Below, piece after piece: positions 1-10,370 of a stretch of DNA of 64,000 bases (positions within the stretch are counted from its first letter, which is position 1; each line of letters starts with the position of its first letter). The notes beneath the pieces were generated by a model. It was given only the letters and a program-made list of their open reading frames with translations, did no database searches and was not told where the DNA came from. The translations under genes were made by a program, and so were the position numbers. Origin of the DNA: Azolla caroliniana (lineage: Eukaryota; Plantae; Polypodiophyta); NCBI GenBank assembly GCA_043228905.1, contig JBHGNT010000002.1, forward strand, positions 11,532,001 through 11,596,000, in the 5' to 3' direction.

Positions 1-8
1 GTGGCGCA

Positions 9-1075
9 ATGTTCATGATGAAACATAGAGCAAAGTCTATGTCGGCCTCTACCTCAACTAGTGCCCTCAATCCGGAGGACGTATGGTTTGTTGTCTCCGG
101 AGCCTCAAACCATATGACATCCCACAAAGAGTGGTTTCTCGAACTTCGAGAGCCGGAGCAACCCGGTTATGTCAAAACCGGAGATGACACTACGCACCCG
201 ATTCGGCACATCGGCAACGTTCCGTTCGGCGAAAGAGGTAAGCAAACATACATTAAAAATGTCTTGCATGTACCCACCATCACAAAGAATTTGGTCTCGG
301 TCGGCCAAATGGTTGAGCAAGGGATGCAAGTACAATTCGACCAAGACGGGGGCTTCATCGAAAAAGAAGGCCGAATCATCGCACGTGGAAGAAGAGAGGG
401 CCGGATGTTCATTCTCGATTCGCACGAGATGAAATCCCCATGTTCGCGAAAAGCACAAAAGCCGACTCCGACATAGAGTTATGGCATAAGCGAATCGGCC
501 ACATCAATCTCAACAAACTCAAAGCAATGAAATCGAAAGGAGTCGTCATCCGACTCCCGACATTCAAAGAGAAGGAGATTGAAGGTGTATGCGAAGCGTG
601 CCAATTCAGCAAGCAACACCGACACCCATTTCCGAAGGAGCGGAATGTGAGCAAAGGCGTACTTGACATAATTCATTCCGATGTATGGGGTCCGGCTCAA
701 ACGGCAACATTCGGCGGATGCCGCTATTACGTGCTCTTCATCGATGACCTTTCTAGGCACACTTGGATCTACCCGATACGGCAAAAGAGCGAAGTGTTCA
801 GACACTTCCAAAATTTCAAGAATGAAGTCGAGAAAGCCACGGGCCGACATGTACGATGCCTTCGATCGGATGGCCGCAAGGAGTACTTCTCGGACGATTT
901 CACGGTGTATCTCCGAAAGGAAGGAATTCGGCGAGAATTCACTTGCCGACACACTCCGCAACAAAACGAAGTAGCCAAGCGCAAAAATCGGCACATCCTC
1001 GAAGTAGCACGGGCCATGATGAACGAGAAGCATATGCCCAAGTCATATTGGGCCGAAGCGGTAAATACGGTTGTC
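9..1075 (+). pseudogene. copia pol, protease to integrase segment (frameshift near 440; catalytic DSG appears as VSG)
   Basis: ORFs 9-476 and 440-1231 carry copia protease and integrase motifs; homology stops at the transposon junction at 1075. Confidence 0.9.
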
Positions 1076-1111
1076 AACACGTTCGCGTTCACAAGTGGAA
1101 GGATCGCGCAT
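1076..1111 (+). repeat. left terminal inverted repeat
   Basis: AACACGTTCGCGTTCACAAGTGGAAGGATCGCGCAT. Confidence 0.95.
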
Positions 1112-1433
1112 AAATGGAAGGATAAGGGAAATTTTAGGGGTTTTTCAATGATTTTACAAAACACATTGATACCAGTATCATACAAGTTCAAACATACTAT
1201 GAAAAAGGTTAAAAATCCACTATTTTCGTGATTTAGAAGTAACTAAAAAAAGACGAATTTCAAAAACATACATTCTCAATTTATATCACAAACTTTACAA
1301 CCAATGTTATTTTATAAGAAACGATTTTTGGGAAATCATAAGAATTCAAAACACATGATTTTATATTACTCGATTTGTTACAAGCGGAATGTAGTTACAC
1401 TTAATAGCCAAATATACATTCATGATCACTCCT

Positions 1434-4214
1434 TTACGGAGAATCACTACTATAACTAATATACAATGACGATTCCTCCTCATCATCCTCGGATGTACCA
1501 ATCAGTGCATTATCTTCGTCATAAACCAAATGGTTTGACTCTAGATTATATGTAGCAGATCTCGTTTGCCTTTGACTCGAGCCACCTTGTAGACCTGGTA
1601 ATTTTTCTTTTATTATATCTATTATTGAGTTCCTTAATCGTCCGGCTTTTGTAAGTGTGAAGTCATACACGATGATATCCACATCAGAGATATCAAGGGT
1701 CGAGGTGTTACGAATGTTTCGCTTCCTCTTCCTACCTCCCCTTCTTGTTTGGCATTCAATCATCTCCAATGTATACTTACCTGTAAAAGCATTTGCACTT
1801 CTAGTGTTGTACCAATGAACATTTATAGACTTGATCGTGTTTTCTATTTCATGCATTAGCACTTCTAGAATTTTACCAACCCAAAATTGGTGGCCATGTG
1901 AGTTCTCATCAGCCGGCGTTGCAATCAACATCCCCGCGGTGAGCTCTTGCAAATTTCCTTGCCATCTAGCTTCGGCTGCTTTGGTCATCCTTGGTCCCAC
2001 ATAAATGTCTCTTTGTTGTGGATGGACCAAGCTGTCATTAATCGCATTTACTAGTCGCTCCGGACTTCTATTTACGCGATCATGTTGCAGCGACCATGTG
2101 AATGGCGTTTACAAATTCCAATTATCAACAGATACACAATTGTCTATAATTTCTTTCTGATCACTATAAAATACATCCCACCATGACGTGTCTTGTTGTG
2201 CGGCATATTTCTTGGCGGCCTCAATATGTTTTCTTTTTTCTTCTAAGGCTTGGAGCCATGACCGTTTTTGTTCTAGTACCAAGTCGCTCTGCAACTGTCC
2301 TTTCTTCTCAATTGGCATTTGCTTAGCTCCATGGACAATTGTACTCGGCATACAAAGTAATAACTGGCAACCACCTTCAGGTTCCCATGTTGTAGAAGAT
2401 GAATATTGTTTAGCATACAAAAGTGTAGAACCACTTATTCCATTTTTCTTTATCAAAAAAATGTGATTGAAACTTATATTGTTTAATTGAGCAAGCACTT
2501 TAACATTCCCACCACCCCCATCTAATATATATCTCTTAAAGTCATATACCTCCTTCAAGTGTAACACTTTTGGGCGTGGTGTATATGCATCACAAATGAC
2601 ATCAAATAGTTTAGGTAAAGTGAAAGCATCATGCCGAGACAACTGTCTGGAGAATGTGCTAAACATCTGATCTATATGGTCATGTGTGTGGCCAACCAAA
2701 AGGAAATTGACTTTCACTTTCCTAAACAATTCTAGGTTGACCAACATACTTAGATAGCCAAATACAGTTGAATTTTTGTTCTCTCTAGCAGTATTGTCCA
2801 ATTGAATGTATAGAACAGGGGGGAAAGGTTGTCCCCAAGACATCAAAACTCGGTGAATCACTGTAACTGTTAGGTTAGGGTCATTGTGAACATTGGGGTA
2901 AGTAATGAAGACGTGAGGTCGAACAGACCTATTATAAGCCAAGCATCCCACCAAGTGCATTTGAACAAGGCACTCATCATTGACATCTTTGGGGAGCCTC
3001 CGCATATGCGGCAAGCATGTCTTCTTCTGGTCCATGCCATCTATCATTAAGCACGTGTATTGTTCAGGCGTCTTCAAACACTTCTCTCTATGATGCATCG
3101 CCTTCCTTCGTTCTAAGGATTGTGCCTCACGATGCTCTTGTAGTAACTTCTTACTCGTATCCTTTTCCATTGATGTCTTTGCACCTTTAGCCAAACTTTT
3201 AAGATTTGCACAAATGGAGCAATAACCCATACGTACTTTACGAGGAATAATAACATTTGAAAACCGAGCTCTCCATAATCTTGTGAATTGGCTATAGGGG
3301 ATAGACTTATTACGTGAGCCCAGCATTTCAGATCGATAGACATCATAAACTTCCCGACGGGTATAATTATCAGAAAGATGCATCCTACCTGTAGTGGGCA
3401 TTACTTCACAATTTAACTGAAAGTAAGTTTTCATCCAGCCAATAGCCAGTCTTCCAATTGCACCTTTCATACTTGGAACCTCTTTACAATTGAGCATCTG
3501 ATCCCCGCTAAGTAGACGTTGTTGTACTCTATGTAGCCGCATGTTACTAACACATAACACAATTTTGAATGCAACTCTACATATCTGTTGCGCATGGAAG
3601 ATATAATACTCGAATGATACTTTGATCCCCGTACATTTGTCAGATACTAGTTGCATATGTGATCCGAGGTAAGTGTCTTGCTCATCACCGGTCATCGAAA
3701 AATAGTATCGCCTTAATTCTCGCAACTTTGATTTTCCAATCATAGACATACAACCACGGGCACAACATATTTTGTTGACATCAAATCCAATCTGTTTATC
3801 TGATGTCACCAAGCTAAATCTAGCCAGACGAATTCTTCGTGGGATTCTTCTAATATGCATAGGGCTCCCAGATTTCTCTTCCTGCATAGAGGTTGGTGTA
3901 ACCTTGTTACAGTCTAATTCTCTGTTCTGACCATCGCCAATGTTATTCAATGTTTCCTGGGCACTTCCTTCATTCTCGGTATCTTTATTAATATCGTATT
4001 CTTCAATAGAGAACTCTTCACATGTGTCATTATTTACATTCCCTGTAGATGAGCTCAGACAATATTCTTCGATAGAATATGGTGAGTCGGTCGAAAGACA
4101 ATATTCTTCAATCGAATATGGTGACTCTGTTGACAAACAATACTCTTTAGTAGAAAACGATGGGTCTGATGACAAACAATATTCTTCAATCGAGAACGGT
4201 GAATCTTCACTCAT
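1434..4214 (-). CDS. DDE/D transposase, Sola1-like; about 926 codons with one in-frame TAA at 2109-2111
   Basis: Motifs CC..GC, C..C (MGYCSIC), IDGMDQ, QLDNTARENKN, FLLVGHTHDHIDQMFS. ORFs 2109-4214 and 1434-2030 share a frame and the linker between them is open apart from the one TAA. Confidence 0.85.
4054..4205 (-). repeat. 36-bp coding tandem repeat (SPYSIEEYCLS x4) at the transposase N-terminus
   Basis: Repeated gacaatattcttc(a/g)atcgaa units; peptide repeats visible in the ORF. Confidence 0.9.
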
Positions 4215-5036
4215 GGCTTAAGGTCTAGATAGGGCTCTCTAAGTTATACTCCTCTCTAACCATATACTCCTCCCTAAACATAAACTTCTCTCTAAACAAA
4301 AGCCAAATCAATAGAATGTCTATATTATGTAATATTCTATTAATACAATACATCTAAAAATTATTTTTAATAAAGTAATTTAACTTAAATTATCAATCAT
4401 TATATAAACTAGATCTAAATGATGTTAAATCAAGTAAAATATAAAACTAATCATTAACAAGCCTTGAATATGTTGGATTAATGTTAAAATCATTGGCTAA
4501 TTAATGACACCCATTTTGATATAGAACGTCTCACTCATTGGTTCTTTAATGCTCACCATTTTAAATATTAGACTTATCAATCATTGGTTAATTCATGCCC
4601 ACATCTTTAATACATAACATTTGAGAGTCATAAAAATTGTTGCTTTTAGTAATCAATCATTGGTACATTCATGAACCTCTATCATTGTCTCCTTCATAAC
4701 CTTTGAAGTGATTGTAGGTTGTTATGAGTATAAAAGATTGATCAATATGTTAGTTTGACTTTGTAATCATTAATACAATCATAAGTTACTATAGTTAATG
4801 TGACTATGGTTACAAACTAACTATCCTCAAAGTTACCAACATTGGTTAAGGTGACTATGGTTACTTTAACCATGGGTTCAATCCCTATAAATAGGAAGAC
4901 CTCATCATATTTCACTCACCAGAGCGTACAGAGCGTACAGAGCACACAGAACGCAGAGAGCACACAGAGCACACAAAGCACTCAGAGCACAAAGCACGAA
5001 AGCGCGATCTCCGCCTCCACTTCAACACGATCAACC
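4215..5036. promoter_or_regulatory. AT-rich divergent promoter region between transposase and ParB-MTase gene
   Basis: TATAAATA at 4886-4893 upstream of ATG 5037; five CATTGG (CCAAT on minus strand) near 4492, 4537, 4583, 4659, 4841; 9-bp CAGAGCACA-type repeats at 4920-4997. Confidence 0.55.
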
Positions 5037-8000
5037 ATGTCTTCCAAGAGATTCGAGCGCGAGGACTCCAGGTAGGCCTCTGACACTGTGGACATTTTTG
5101 TAAATATGTTTCGTTTCTCAAGAACTCGATACGGCGTATCGAGTTCATGTATACAATACAAATATTTATACACGAACTCAATACGGCGTATCGAGTTCGT
5201 GTTTAAAACCTACACTTTAAACCGGAACTCGATACGCCGTATTGAGTTCATGGTTAAAGTGTAGGACTTAAACACGAACTCGATACGTCGTATCGAGTTC
5301 GTGTATAAATATTTGTATTGTATACATGAACTCGATACGCCGTATCGAGTTCATGTTTAAAGTGTAGGTTTTAAACACGAACTCGATACGCCGTATCGAG
5401 TTCGTGATTAAAGTGTAGGTTTTAAACACAAACTCGATACGGCGTATCGAGTTCGTGTTTAAAACCTACACTTTAAACACGAACTCGATACGGCGTATCA
5501 AGTTCGTGTTTAAAATTCAAACTTTAATCACGAACTCGATACGGCGTATCGAGTCCCTGTATATAAGAAGGCTTTGAGAGAGAAAAATCGTTTATGGGGT
5601 GGAAATGATATCAAATTGTCTGGCAAAATCAGTCTTTTTTATGTTGACTTTACTTACTTTTAAATAAATACATGCTCTAATTATAGGTGTTTTATGACCT
5701 ACTTTAGCTTAAAATAGTAGAAAATGATCTACAAATTGCCTTCACTATGGCAAATTCTCCTCAATATAGGTTTAGAATCTATATAAGTCATACCTACTAT
5801 TTAAAAGAATATATAACCCGTTTTACTTATTACGATATATATTTTCTAGGTTGAATAGGCCTGCCTATAATAGATTTTTGAATATGTTACTGCTCCTGGA
5901 AACTGCTCTTCATTATAATAACAACTTCAATCTACGTGACTGTCTAACTTATGTTTTTGCATATACTTTCTTAAATAGGTCGTTTGAGAACCTGTCAGAC
6001 CGACCCGTGAAGAAAATTAAGCTTCGCATACAAGGTTCTCCAATCGAAGCCCAGACCAAGGTAACTCCTGAGACCATGAAGAGAGGAAAAAAGCTTCTCT
6101 TTAACGAAGAGACAAAATCTCAGCCACATAGTGATGTAAGCCAAAAGAAACTTGTCGCCGCTACTGGAGGCGAAGACCTTCCTGACCGAGATCTAACGGA
6201 CAAGGAATGGTGTATGCAATATGTCGACTCAAAGAAAAAAGTCGTATTGTATACAACAAAGAAGAAGGGTGAGGGGCAGCTAGGAAAAGAAACTCCATTT
6301 ATGTATGGCCGAATTCTACGATTTGACTACGAAGATGCAGATTCGGCCAACATACTGGTAATGATAGAGTGCTCCAAGGGGGTACGCAAAGTGTTCCTTT
6401 CAGAAGACCTTTTAGTAAAGGAATCTTGTGGGCCTGAAGTGTTCAAAAAAGCACTTGATAACTCACAAAACCTGATTGTTACCTTGAGGCCTTATATACA
6501 AGGCCATATAACTCTAAGAGATGAAGAGCCCTCCCACTTGAAGGCCACAAAAAAGGTATCCAAAGTCCAGTCAAGACCAGCCAAGAAGAAGACAACGAAA
6601 ATGTCGGATACGGATTCGACAAGTGAAAATGAAGAAGAGGATAATAAGGGGACGCCAGGAGCCGAGCTAGCCTCGGGTGTCTTGTCATCCGAGCAGAATA
6701 AAATAAGGAGAGAGTTAATGCAACGGAAGCTGGTCAGGAAAGGGCAAGTATTTAATTTGCCTATAACACACATCCATCGGCCCCCTATTGATGAAAAAAC
6801 AGGTCGAAGACCACTTGAGATTAGAGAGCCTCATCGCATGCATGTTCAAAATCTCAAGAAAAAAATGAAAATTAATCCTCATGCCACAGTGGTGCCTTTT
6901 ATTGTTATGGTGGATCCTGAAGAATGTGAAACCATTGAAGATTTTGATATCAGAAAGCATGATCAATATAATTATTTTGTCATTGGTGGATCGCATTCAG
7001 CAGAGGCACGTCGGCAACTTGTGAGAGAACATCCAACCACTTTCTTCTTCAAGTATGCCAAGTGCAAAATTTATGTTGGGCTCACAACCGAAGAGGCTAA
7101 GCTGTTGGCATGGGACCATAATAATGATAATGACTATAGGCAGAAAATGTCGTCTATTGAGCGTATACGGTTCTTCCACCACGAGTATTTAGATGTGAAA
7201 CAAAAGTTTGGTGTGAAGTTACATCCAGGCCTTCGACGTCAATGTCTGCATGAAGTCGGCATTGTGGTAGATGATAATGTTAGGTCCGATGGTCTTCGAA
7301 AGTATGAGTCTTGGTTTCAATTGGCGTTTAGAGATGGAGAAGTATGGGACCTCCAAGATCAAATATTCTCAATGTGGGAGAATAAGGAGGTAAAGGGTCA
7401 ACGACAAAAGAAATGTAGGGTTGACCCTCAACTAGAATTAAAGTCACAAGCCGCCAAGAAAATTGACTTGACAATTGAAGAAGCGGCAGACGACATGAAG
7501 CTGTCTCTATGGAGAGCGATGCAAGGTATTAAGGACGAGCAACTTCTTGTGTCGGTTTTGTCAAGGGTTGTGGCGAAAGATTTAAGCCTTGAAGAAATGG
7601 TCACTGAGTTCAATAAGTAAGTCTTTCAAATACTGAAATTGTAGTCTATCTGGTGTAATTCAAAGTTCTAATCTTGATTTCTAATTTTACAGTCATAAGG
7701 TGTACATGAAGATCCAAGAAGTAATGATGAAACAACTTGGATGTATAACTTGGGAACAAGTGACCGAGGATTATCCTCTAACGTCTTCGTATAAGGCGTT
7801 ATCAGAGTATTTTATTGCATTCAAGGATTGGGTTAGTATTGATGTTTTTTCATTACCCTTTCATCATATGTAGAGCTTGTATAATAATACCTGATGTCCT
7901 ATTGCTTCTATTAGAAACCGTGTCGAGGCAAGAAACAAGGAGAAGTTAAGGATATACACGATTTCCCTACATCCTTCCTTGCACATCTCGAGCGAGCCAG

Positions 8001-9203
8001 AAAAGAAAAGGATCGTCGCTTAGTCAAGGCGTACGAAATGGAGGAAGATGGCTCGTTTAAAAAATTTAGCCACAAAAAAGATATTACGAGAGATCTTTAC
8101 TACAATGTGGTTTGCGGTGATGTCATCGACTTGATCCAGAAGGTGCCAAAGAAGGAATATACGCTAATGATTGCGGATATTCCTTACGGATTTCGAATGG
8201 CTGGGTCATCATACGACGATGAACCGTTTAGGTTTAAACAATTGGAGAAGATGGTCAAGGATTTCGCTGAGCTAACGACCGCATCCTTGTGGCGAATAAT
8301 TGTCTTTCATAGTATGGACCAAGGGTACTCGGTAGCTCAAGCTTTGAGATCTCGTTGCCATGGCATCGAGAACCTTGCATGGTAAGGATTATTTATAGGT
8401 GTCTTTCATTATATTGCAATTCTTAAGGTTGTTGAATCTATTCTTAACTCGATGAATTATTTTTTATAGGATCAAGACCAATGTAAATAGAGGGCCAACT
8501 TTTCGGTTCGTTAATGCCATTGAATACATAACGGTTGGCTACTTCGATGAAATTAAAAAACAGAGAATCAAAGAGCATTCTAATGTTGTGGGAGGTTCAA
8601 ATCTGTTGGTATATCCAGCAGTGACTCGGAAATTGCGACATGTCACCACGATAGAACGGGGACTTGTCAACCCATACCAAAAACCTCAACGACTTATGAT
8701 GCGCTTGATCGAGATGTTTTCTGTCGAAGGAGACTGGATATTAGATCTCTTTTCTGGCACAGGTATTCCTCGAACTAGGGTAACGATCTTGAGATAACCA
8801 ATCACTTTTTTTCGTTTGACAACTAAATCTTCTTGTTACTTACATCATAGGAACTACGTCAGCATGTGCATTGAAGCTGTTTAGAAATACAGTTGCATTG
8901 GAGAAGGACGAGGACCAAGTTATATTTATTAATATGCGGATTAAGGCTTTGTGGGAGTGCCCAGACCAGGATGAGGAGGTCGGTGCAAAGAACCTCGCCA
9001 ATACAGAAAGGTTTCAACCTGCTTCGCGAGAGCCTATTCCTCCGTTAGCCGGCGAACCGGGGGAGCTAATAGAGCTTGATGATGAGCTTATAGAAGATAT
9101 TTCGTTGGCTCGGTTAACAGGGGAAACCAATGCAAGTATAGCCGAAGACAGTTCTACACAAGATGATGAAGAAAATGACGTTGATGAATTGATTGCTATG
9201 TAA
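5037..9203 (+). CDS. ParB/Srx-like domain fused to beta-class N4-cytosine/N6-adenine DNA methyltransferase; exons 5037-5071, 5979-7616, 7693-7831, 7915-8381, 8470-8762, 8851-9203 (974 aa)
   Basis: All five introns are GT-AG and phase-compatible; the spliced CDS is 2925 nt with no internal stop. ParB-like core: LEIRE..HVQNLKKKM..VVPFIVMV..YFVIGGSHSAEA. MTase: VVCGDVIDLI, LMIADIPYG (motif IV), AWIK, NAIEYI, NPYQKPQRLMMRLIEMFSVEGDWILDLFSGTGTTSACALKLFRNTVALEKD (motifs X, I, II). Confidence 0.88.
5122..5556. repeat. array of nine 25-bp palindromes GAACTCGATACG-N-CGTATCGAGTTC with 26-27 bp spacers, in intron 1 of the ParB-MTase gene
   Basis: Copies start at 5122, 5174, 5225, 5276, 5328, 5379, 5430, 5481, 5532. 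Confidence 0.95.
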
Positions 9204-9596
9204 TAGACTCTATAAAGAATATGACACTGACGATTTGTTAAGATTTCACATTATTAATACAGATTTTGGGTTTTACCTAGTGGATTCTATTCTTTATAAT
9301 CATCTATATGTTTCAATTTTATTTTTATATACTTGATTAGTAGATTTATGATATTGGTTTCACCGCGTGCATAGCTGACTACCAAACTTATGGAGAAACA
9401 TGAACTAGCTTAAATGGAGGCTGATTTTGGTCCAAGCTAACCTTAACAGAACATGGCCCTATAATTATTGCCATGACTGTCCATGTTGTTATTATGGATC
9501 TTTGTCTTATATTGTTAAAACTATTATGTTTCTATTCCATTGCTGCTTAGATTGTGTAGTGTGTTGATAATGGTTCCAGTTGCGTTATCGTTCGGA

Positions 9597-9872
9597 GTTT
9601 GATCTTGTGTGAATCACCTAAGCAATAGAGTAGATCAATTTTAAATACAGGTATGAAAGCCTAATAGGTTTGTTATTTCCACGACATTATCCTAAAGTTC
9701 ACTGCCTTACATTGTGCACAATTATATACACATATGGTTTGATCCCATATGAACAAACTGAGGAATAGATTAGATCAACTTTTAATATAAGTATTGAATA
9801 CTTTAATAAGTTAGTTATTCCAATCACTTATCCTAATGTGCACTATCCTACATTTTCGACAATTACATACAT
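9597..9872 (+). repeat. diverged tandem duplication of about 140 bp in the right subterminal region of the transposon
   Basis: gtttgatc...gaatagaNtagatcaa...ttatcctaa.gt.cact...tacatt...caatta occurs at about 9597-9733 and 9736-9872. Confidence 0.7.
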
Positions 9873-10214
9873 GCACGTATGGGTCAAAGTATAAATTATA
9901 TCTCATTTTATTAGTATGGATACAAGTACACCTCATATTTTTGTAAAACCTACCTAATTAATTTAAGTCTTTAAGTTAGTGTTTCCCTTGTCGCACAATA
10001 GTGCCATATTGAGCCATAGTTGAACTTTATTTAGATACATTAACTTATCAACATGTCTAAACTTGCATGATTTCTAATGATCTCCACTCGTAGATCTATC
10101 ATGTATTTTTATATTTGCAAATTCTTATCAAGTTGAGGAACATGTGATACTATTGCATCCAATTATTGTAGAGAGGGTGTATTTTCTTCGTTTTAAGAAG
10201 ATTCTACAAGTGGA

Positions 10215-10250
10215 ATGCGCAATCCTTCCACTTGTGAACGTGAACGTGTT
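10215..10250 (-). repeat. right terminal inverted repeat
   Basis: ATGCGCAATCCTTCCACTTGTGAACGTGAACGTGTT, the reverse complement of the left TIR with 2 mismatches. Confidence 0.95.
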
Positions 10251-10370
10251 TGTCTACCTAATGAACCGGTGCACAACATCTGGCGTGCACGAGGTCACTC
10301 CGCACGAAAGATTCTTCGGAAAGAAGCCGAACCTATCACATGTTCGGATATTCGGCTCCATTGCGTACGT

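Larger units (their letters stand above)
1076..10250. mobile_element. 9,175-bp TIR DNA transposon (Sola1-like) carrying a transposase and a ParB-like/DNA methyltransferase gene
   Basis: 36-bp TIRs (1076-1111 and 10215-10250, 34/36 identical), TGTC duplication at 1072-1075 and 10251-10254; removing the element restores the copia integrase frame. A 4-bp TSD and the transposase motifs fit the Sola superfamily. Confidence 0.92.

Noticed and set aside
4842-5075. 77-aa ORF with QST repeats
   Set aside because: TTG start upstream of the TATA box; the repeats are probably 5' UTR and only the last 12 codons are exon 1.
5122-5556. CRISPR array (palindromic repeats with regular spacers)
   Set aside because: Spacers are copies or inversions of two or three sequences, not unique; no cas genes; located in a spliceosomal intron.
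5851-5978. N-terminal 43 codons of the 589-aa ORF as coding
   Set aside because: Starts at TTG, is AT-rich and contains a CTAAC branch point and AG acceptor at 5977-5978; it is the end of intron 1.
1076-10250. CACTA/Transib assignment from the CAC near the termini, or bacterial contamination
   Set aside because: True ends are AACAC..GTGTT with a 4-bp TSD, the transposase motifs are not CACTA-like, the cargo gene has introns, and the element sits inside a plant copia.
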